Shown: one piece after another, positions 59,311 to 64,000 of the stretch
Layout: the number at the start of each line of letters is the position of its first letter
Numbering within the stretch: position 1 is the stretch's first letter
IMG/VR virus record: IMGVR_UViG_3300025655_000002
Coordinates: 5,508 to 69,507 of that record
Reading direction: 5' to 3' (one strand)
Source: a virus
DNA length: 64,000 bases
The notes under the pieces: model-generated
The model's input: the letters and a program-made list of their open reading frames with translations, nothing else
What the model was told of the DNA's origin: nothing
The model's database searches: none
Position numbers and translations under genes: made by a program

Positions 59311-59451
59311 AAACGTTTTTTTTGGTTAAAACCTGATGGAACTATTTCTAATATGTGGGATGAAGAAGACCATTTGAAATACTTAACCGATAAAGATATT
59401 GAAAATGCCCAAAAAGATGGTTGGCAGTGCATTCAGATAAATGTTTGCTAA
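59212..59451 (+). CDS. Chimeric small protein: hairpin-encoded N-terminus plus cassette-encoded C-terminus
   Basis: N-terminus paralogous to 49263-49499 up to GVS; stop lies inside GCTAAC. Confidence 0.65.
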   Translation: MKTELNKIAKDLEQGTITDQEARTLLLGLLGVSKRFFWLKPDGTISNMWDEEDHLKYLTDKDIENAQKDGWQCIQINVC

Positions 59452-59452
59452 C
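59305..59452 (+). mobile_element. Cassette-like unit
   Basis: gttagcaaacgttt / aaatgtttgctaac inverted ends (13/14). Confidence 0.65.
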
Positions 59453-59496
59453 ATCGGCATAAAAACCGTTTTAATGGTTTTTATAAAGTGTTAAAG
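59447..59496 (+). repeat. Minimal attC-like hairpin
   Basis: GCTAAC-atcggc-ataaaaaccgtt-tt-aatggtttttat-aaagt-GTTAAAG; first ~30 bp repeated inverted at 49226-49256. Confidence 0.65.
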
Positions 59497-59817
59497 CACG
59501 TTTTAATGTGCTTATTTTAAAGTATATAAAATTAAAACAAGCATAGATTATGGGGATGAGATAATATGTGCTTTGAATCAGAAAAACGCAGGCAGAAAGA
59601 CAAAGAAAAAAGGTTTAATATGACTAAACAAAACTAACATCATGATACAGATATATTTTATAATGGCAGCATTAGTGACTTCGCTATTCTTTTTACATGA
59701 TAGAAACTGTCACAAGAAATGGTACAACTACTACGAAGCAACTGTATTTATAGTAGCTTCTTTTATAGTATTATTTACTCCATACATAAATTACTTCATT
59801 ATTAAGTTAGGATTACA

Positions 59818-60327
59818 ATGAGAAAGAAAATAGACTGGATTGAGTATGGGGGCAACATGGAGTACGACCCGTCTAACGAAAGTTTCCAGTTCGCAATAAT
59901 AGATGGTGGAAAAGTTCAAAAGACTTGGAGTGGTTTAAAAGTAAAACTTGATGATAGTGAGAAAGAGATAAAGCCAACGCACTACAGGGTAGTTCCAAGA
60001 GTTAAGCACAAAACAGACTCCACTAAAATTCACGAACTTTTGATGCGTGAATCGGTATTGTATAAATATATCCGAGAAGAAAAAGGAATGACTCAGTGGA
60101 TGGATATAGCTAGAGAGCTAGGAATGGAAAGCACTGACATATATAACATATTTATGCGACCACTCAACACTCTATCTATAAAACAAATGCTAAGGCTAAA
60201 AAGAATGCTTCCAGAATTAGAAATGTCTCAAATGCTTAATATGCTACTACCAAGAGTAAGAGGATGGTGGGAATTTGAGACCTGGGAACATGATGAATTA
60301 AAAGAAAGATATAGGAATCCTGATTAG
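59818..60327 (+). CDS. Protein with C-terminal HTH-like domain
   Basis: IREEKGMTQ..DIARELGM...LSIKQMLRL. Confidence 0.55.
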   Translation: MRKKIDWIEYGGNMEYDPSNESFQFAIIDGGKVQKTWSGLKVKLDDSEKEIKPTHYRVVPRVKHKTDSTKIHELLMRESVLYKYIREEKGMTQWMDIARELGMESTDIYNIFMRPLNTLSIKQMLRLKRMLPELEMSQMLNMLLPRVRGWWEFETWEHDELKERYRNPD

Positions 60328-60375
60328 ACGATAATTTAAGATATCATTTAAATAAGCAATATAAAATTAAACAAT

Positions 60376-60870
60376 ATGAATACAGCGCAAAGAAAATTCT
60401 TAATAGAAAGAATACAACAAAAAACTAAAGATAAAATTAAAGTATTGCAAAATAATAAGATGGATTTACCCTCTATTGATAATTATATTTTTAAAGCAAT
60501 ATTGACAGATAATTTGGAATTACAACCTAGCGAAGTAATTTTATCTGCTTTAAAAGCTAAAGCAAAAAGGGCAAAAGCTGGTGAAAACTGGTTATCCGAA
60601 GATAGAATTGGAGTGTATAAATCAACCACAATTAGAATTGACATTAAAGAATTAATAAAACTTCCTAATGATTATAATGAAGAACTTGAAAGAGTAATAG
60701 AACACAACGATAATATAAATAAAGAAATAGAAACATTGAAAATTCAATTAGATACAATAGAAATTCGTGTCCAATTAGCAAGTGATAAAACATTAAGAAA
60801 CCTTGTTAATGAGGTTGATGATATGGGTAGTTTGTCGATTATAGACACTAAGTTGAAGTTGCTGCCTTAA
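60376..60870 (+). CDS. Hypothetical coiled-coil protein
   Basis: ORF. Confidence 0.6.
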   Translation: MNTAQRKFLIERIQQKTKDKIKVLQNNKMDLPSIDNYIFKAILTDNLELQPSEVILSALKAKAKRAKAGENWLSEDRIGVYKSTTIRIDIKELIKLPNDYNEELERVIEHNDNINKEIETLKIQLDTIEIRVQLASDKTLRNLVNEVDDMGSLSIIDTKLKLLP

Positions 60871-60948
60871 AATTACCTTATTCAAAATGGAAGGAAAGAA
60901 CAAGGTATGAAGAAATAAGCGATATAGAATTAAACAGAATATTAAAAA

Positions 60949-61311
60949 ATGAATGAGTTATTTAAACATGATAAATTATCTGAAAGACAACAAATAGAAT
61001 CTATTGTTAAGAAGAAGAAACAAGTAGAATATAAATTTGAATCAAAGATAAAACCATTGAAAGGGCATATATTATGGGAGATAAATCTAAAAGATAAAAC
61101 TATAAACGAGGCTTCTTATAATATTAAAAAAGATATTACTTGGGAAGAAGCGTTAAAATCAATGGAATCAGGTTATAAAAAAGAAGTTTTAATTAAAAAA
61201 GATTGCGTTTATATTTCAGCATTAAATAAAGAATCAGCTTTAAAAAGATTTGAGAAAGATAAGGGAAGCGCTGTTATGCCTGATGGTAGATTAGAACTAA
61301 AAATATTTTAA
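60949..61311 (+). CDS. Hypothetical protein
   Basis: P.KGH.LWEIN...YISALNK..A motif. Confidence 0.6.
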   Translation: MNELFKHDKLSERQQIESIVKKKKQVEYKFESKIKPLKGHILWEINLKDKTINEASYNIKKDITWEEALKSMESGYKKEVLIKKDCVYISALNKESALKRFEKDKGSAVMPDGRLELKIF

Positions 61312-61334
61312 ACAAATTATTAAAACAATAGACA

Positions 61335-61598
61335 ATGGAAAAAAATGACCAACACAGCAAGCCTCATGAAATAATGATGAATGAGACAGAAATAAAAGAG
61401 CTTCAAATGGAACATACTAGAATTATGTCTAAATTATCCACGATAAAAGATATGACTCTATGGGATAGTGAGCACAACAAGGCTCTGAGCATACAACATA
61501 AGATTAGTAATTTAAGGAAGAAAAATCAAAACTTAAGGGCTGGATTACCTGAAAACGGCTACAGCGATTATCACGATAATTATAAGATTAATAATTAA
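61335..61598 (+). CDS. Hypothetical protein
   Basis: ORF. Confidence 0.5.
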   Translation: MEKNDQHSKPHEIMMNETEIKELQMEHTRIMSKLSTIKDMTLWDSEHNKALSIQHKISNLRKKNQNLRAGLPENGYSDYHDNYKINN

Positions 61599-61648
61599 TT
61601 TTAATAAATATTAAAAAAAATTTAATATATTTGTCAAAAAAGAATGTT

Positions 61649-62059
61649 ATGGATAAATTAGAATTAAAACACTTAGCACCTTATTTACCTTATGGGTTGA
61701 AAATGAGTGAATACGAGTATGATTTAGTATTAAATACAAATAATCACCCTAATCATTGTTATGATTTAGAATACTCAATAAAAGAACAGATTAAACCAAT
61801 ACTAAGACCATTAAGCGATTTAGATAAATACATCCCAAAATTAATAGAAATGAATTTACAGGAGGATGACAAATTTACATTGATGTCTATTCAAGAGTCG
61901 TTTAACTTTAAAGACGGATTAATAGATTCTGAGCAATTAGATGCCGAGATAGGTGGTCTAAATAATTGGGTGGTAAATCAATTAAATGAATGGCACTTTG
62001 ACGTATTCGGACTAATACCAAAAGGACTAGCTATTGATATTAACACTTTAAAATATTAG
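61649..62059 (+). CDS. Conserved Bacteroidota-phage protein (start probably MDKLELKH)
   Basis: LELKHLAPYLPYGLK...KPILRPLSDL...WHFDVFGLI..GLAIDIN; promoter TATATTTG at 61626-61633. Confidence 0.65.
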   Translation: MDKLELKHLAPYLPYGLKMSEYEYDLVLNTNNHPNHCYDLEYSIKEQIKPILRPLSDLDKYIPKLIEMNLQEDDKFTLMSIQESFNFKDGLIDSEQLDAEIGGLNNWVVNQLNEWHFDVFGLIPKGLAIDINTLKY

Positions 62060-62080
62060 ATAAATAAAAAAAAGAATGTT

Positions 62081-62476
62081 ATGGAAGATGAAAAAAAGAT
62101 ATTAGTTATCGGAGAAAATATACCTACCAATTCGGCATTGAGTAAACATAACTCAATAGTAAAAGGAAAGATAAACGCTGAACTATTTAAAGAATCATTC
62201 CTTAAAGATGCAGAACTAGCAATGAAAAAGCTAGAAGAACACAACGAAATAGAATCTAAAAGAAAGAATAACAAAGTATTCTACATACAGGGATTTGCAG
62301 TAATAGGAATTAGCAGATTAAAAGCAAGCAAAAAACTAAGAAGTATAATGGGGAGAATTATACTTAATCCAGATGTTGAATTTGAACAACTAAAAGATAC
62401 CATGATAGCTATTCGTAATAACGCAATGCCGAATCAGCCTGAAGATTCAGCGAATAGTGTGGGAATCTCAAAATAA
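62081..62476 (+). CDS. Hypothetical protein
   Basis: ORF containing two motif copies. Confidence 0.55.
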   Translation: MEDEKKILVIGENIPTNSALSKHNSIVKGKINAELFKESFLKDAELAMKKLEEHNEIESKRKNNKVFYIQGFAVIGISRLKASKKLRSIMGRIILNPDVEFEQLKDTMIAIRNNAMPNQPEDSANSVGISK

Positions 62477-62532
62477 TTGTTGTATGTTTGCTGACGGTTT
62501 GGGTATGTTGCGGATTTTGAGGAACGAAAAAT

Positions 62533-62778
62533 ATGAAATATAGGTGGTGTTACCCACCGTTAAACTTAGAAAATATGTACAAAGCATTTCAAAACAAAAA
62601 GTATTACTTAGCATTTAACACATTTCCAAAGACTGCTAAGAACGTAAGTAAAGTATATTTATCTGGAATTAGAAATTGGACAGCAGATGATATGTATAAC
62701 TATTCTATTGTGATAAATAGATTTAGAATAATCTTTGGAATAAAACGAATAACTCACGATTGTTGTAATGGTGGGTAA
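62533..62778 (+). CDS. Cassette-borne hypothetical protein (alternative start 62575)
   Basis: Stop lies inside GGGTAAC. Confidence 0.55.
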   Translation: MKYRWCYPPLNLENMYKAFQNKKYYLAFNTFPKTAKNVSKVYLSGIRNWTADDMYNYSIVINRFRIIFGIKRITHDCCNGG

Positions 62779-62779
62779 C
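62549..62779 (+). mobile_element. Cassette-like unit
   Basis: gttacccaccgtt / aatggtgggtaac inverted ends (12/13), followed by attC-like hairpin 62776-62824. Confidence 0.6.
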
Positions 62780-62894
62780 ACCAAGATATGAAACGTCTTT
62801 AGATGTTTTTATATCGGCTGTTAGAAGCCGTTTTAATGGATTATATTCTTACTAAACCCTACGTGAAATTGATTATTAATTAAATCATAACCTA

Positions 62895-63332
62895 ATGAGT
62901 AACATGAATGAAGAAGAGATATGGATTCCTGTAAATGGCTGCCCCGACAGAGAGGTTAGTAGTTTTGGCAGATTTAGAAGAAAGCTTAAAAACGGAAGAT
63001 ATAAATTTGTTAACCCATACTTTAGCAAAAGAAATAAAGAATGCATGATTAAGCTCCCAGATGGTCAGGCTTCAGCTAAAAGACTTGTTGCTGAGCACTT
63101 TGTTGAGAATCCAAGTGAAGGTATATATGTTAAAAGCAGAGACGGAAATCCTTTAAATATAAGACCAGAAAACTTATACTGGACAAACTATTCTGGAGGA
63201 GGTTATACTTCTGAATTAAAAATAGAAAATGACAATATTCCATTAAGCGTAACCATTGGAGCTTGGACTGGCTCAAAAGAAAGAGCTTCATATAAAGTAA
63301 TGAATAAACTTGATAATTATTATGGAAACTAA
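62895..63332 (+). CDS. NUMOD4/HNH homing-endonuclease-like protein (probably degenerate)
   Basis: EEIWIPV.G....EVSSFGR (NUMOD4); RLVAEHF..NP...DGNP.N....NL.W, lacking the catalytic His. Confidence 0.7.
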   Translation: MSNMNEEEIWIPVNGCPDREVSSFGRFRRKLKNGRYKFVNPYFSKRNKECMIKLPDGQASAKRLVAEHFVENPSEGIYVKSRDGNPLNIRPENLYWTNYSGGGYTSELKIENDNIPLSVTIGAWTGSKERASYKVMNKLDNYYGN

Positions 63333-63744
63333 ATATTACCAACCGACATTTGAAGACTTCATCCCAGGATTAGAGTATGAATATTTCGATGGAATGAAGT
63401 GGACTAAAAAAACTTATAATAGTCTTAGCCATAGAGCAGACGGAAGCATGAGCTTAATGCATGACCTTATATTAAGAAAAGAAAGGTTTAGGGTTAAGTA
63501 TTTGGACAAGCAAGATGGAATAGAATTAGGTTTATCTTATCTAGATTATGAAGAAAAAGATTTACTATACTATGGTTTTACTAAAAGAGTGGCAGCCGTA
63601 GATTATGTTATAAATATACCAGTTGCTGACTTTGATTCTGACATAGAAATAGCCAGTGATGAAGGAGATGTTTTTATTGGTAGGGTTAAAAATAAAACAG
63701 AATTAAAGAGAATACTAAAACATATTGGGTTATGGGAAAAATAA
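63310..63744 (+). CDS. Hypothetical protein (start probably METKYY)
   Basis: KYY.P..E.F..G.EYE...RVKYLD..D...LG...F.G..KN..EL..IL motif. Confidence 0.6.
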   Translation: MIIIMETKYYQPTFEDFIPGLEYEYFDGMKWTKKTYNSLSHRADGSMSLMHDLILRKERFRVKYLDKQDGIELGLSYLDYEEKDLLYYGFTKRVAAVDYVINIPVADFDSDIEIASDEGDVFIGRVKNKTELKRILKHIGLWEK

Positions 63745-63989
63745 TGATAGTGATTTCGTTTGGGTTTATGGTTTTGTTCTTTTTACATGAGTTAAAATTA
63801 TCCAATGCCGAATCGGCAAAGTATAAAGAATTTTGGGAAGAATCTGAATCTGACAAATCGGCATTGCAAGAAGAGGTATGGGATGTATCATGTGCTAATA
63901 TAATAATGATTAACACCATGTGTAAAAGAGACCAAAAGAAACTAAAGAATAACAACGATTACTTAGATGTAATAGATAAAATTAATTGA
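63732..63989 (+). CDS. Membrane-anchored hypothetical protein
   Basis: N-terminal TM helix. Confidence 0.5.
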   Translation: MGKIMIVISFGFMVLFFLHELKLSNAESAKYKEFWEESESDKSALQEEVWDVSCANIIMINTMCKRDQKKLKNNNDYLDVIDKIN

Positions 63990-64000
63990 TATGACAGACA

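Noticed and set aside
49263-59451. Diversity-generating retroelement explaining the two paralogous small ORFs
   Set aside because: No reverse transcriptase, and the differences are a block replacement rather than adenine-specific substitutions
58951-59520. Canonical integron (intI-attI-attC)
   Set aside because: No tyrosine recombinase in the window, some cores violate GTTRRRY and wobble asymmetry favours the sense strand; reported as integron-like only
1-64000. Stop-codon reassignment as in some crAss-like phages
   Set aside because: Long genes (terL, portal, capsid, 2083-aa protein) are intact in code 11 and TAA, TAG and TGA all end genes; no suppressor tRNA seen

Overview
AT-rich, gene-dense 64 kb segment of a tailed phage of Bacteroidota (Flavobacteriia-like host inferred from many TAnnTTTG promoters). 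Standard genetic code; no tRNA, rRNA, CRISPR or integrase seen. Layout: (1) 1-8431 (+) recombination/nucleotide/chaperonin genes (SSB tail, HNH, Rad52-like SSAP, YqaJ-like exonuclease, metallophosphoesterase, dATP/dGTP diphosphohydrolase-HAD fusion, GroEL, NinG). (2) 8418-49499 (-) lysis cassette and a podovirus-type, crAss-like morphogenesis module (LamG fibre, three probable ejection proteins, muzzle and ring proteins, major capsid, scaffold, portal, terminase, tandem-domain GroES). (3) ~49560-51350 divergent non-coding control region, possibly the genome end. (4) 51351-64000 (+) small early-type ORFs. Two unexplained systems stand out. (a) Integron-like but non-canonical cassettes: short units bounded by 13-15 bp GTT...AAC inverted repeats alternate with attC-like hairpins. 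One hairpin type encodes a constant N-terminus that reads into different cassettes at two loci, and G-T wobble asymmetry points to folding of the sense strand. (b) The 9-mer CAATRCCGA occurs about 41 times (hand count; under 1 expected). It precedes many early genes and is embedded in coding sequence elsewhere, mostly as TCG-GYA-TTG (Ser-Ala/Val-Leu). All product calls rest on motif recognition and synteny, not database searches.
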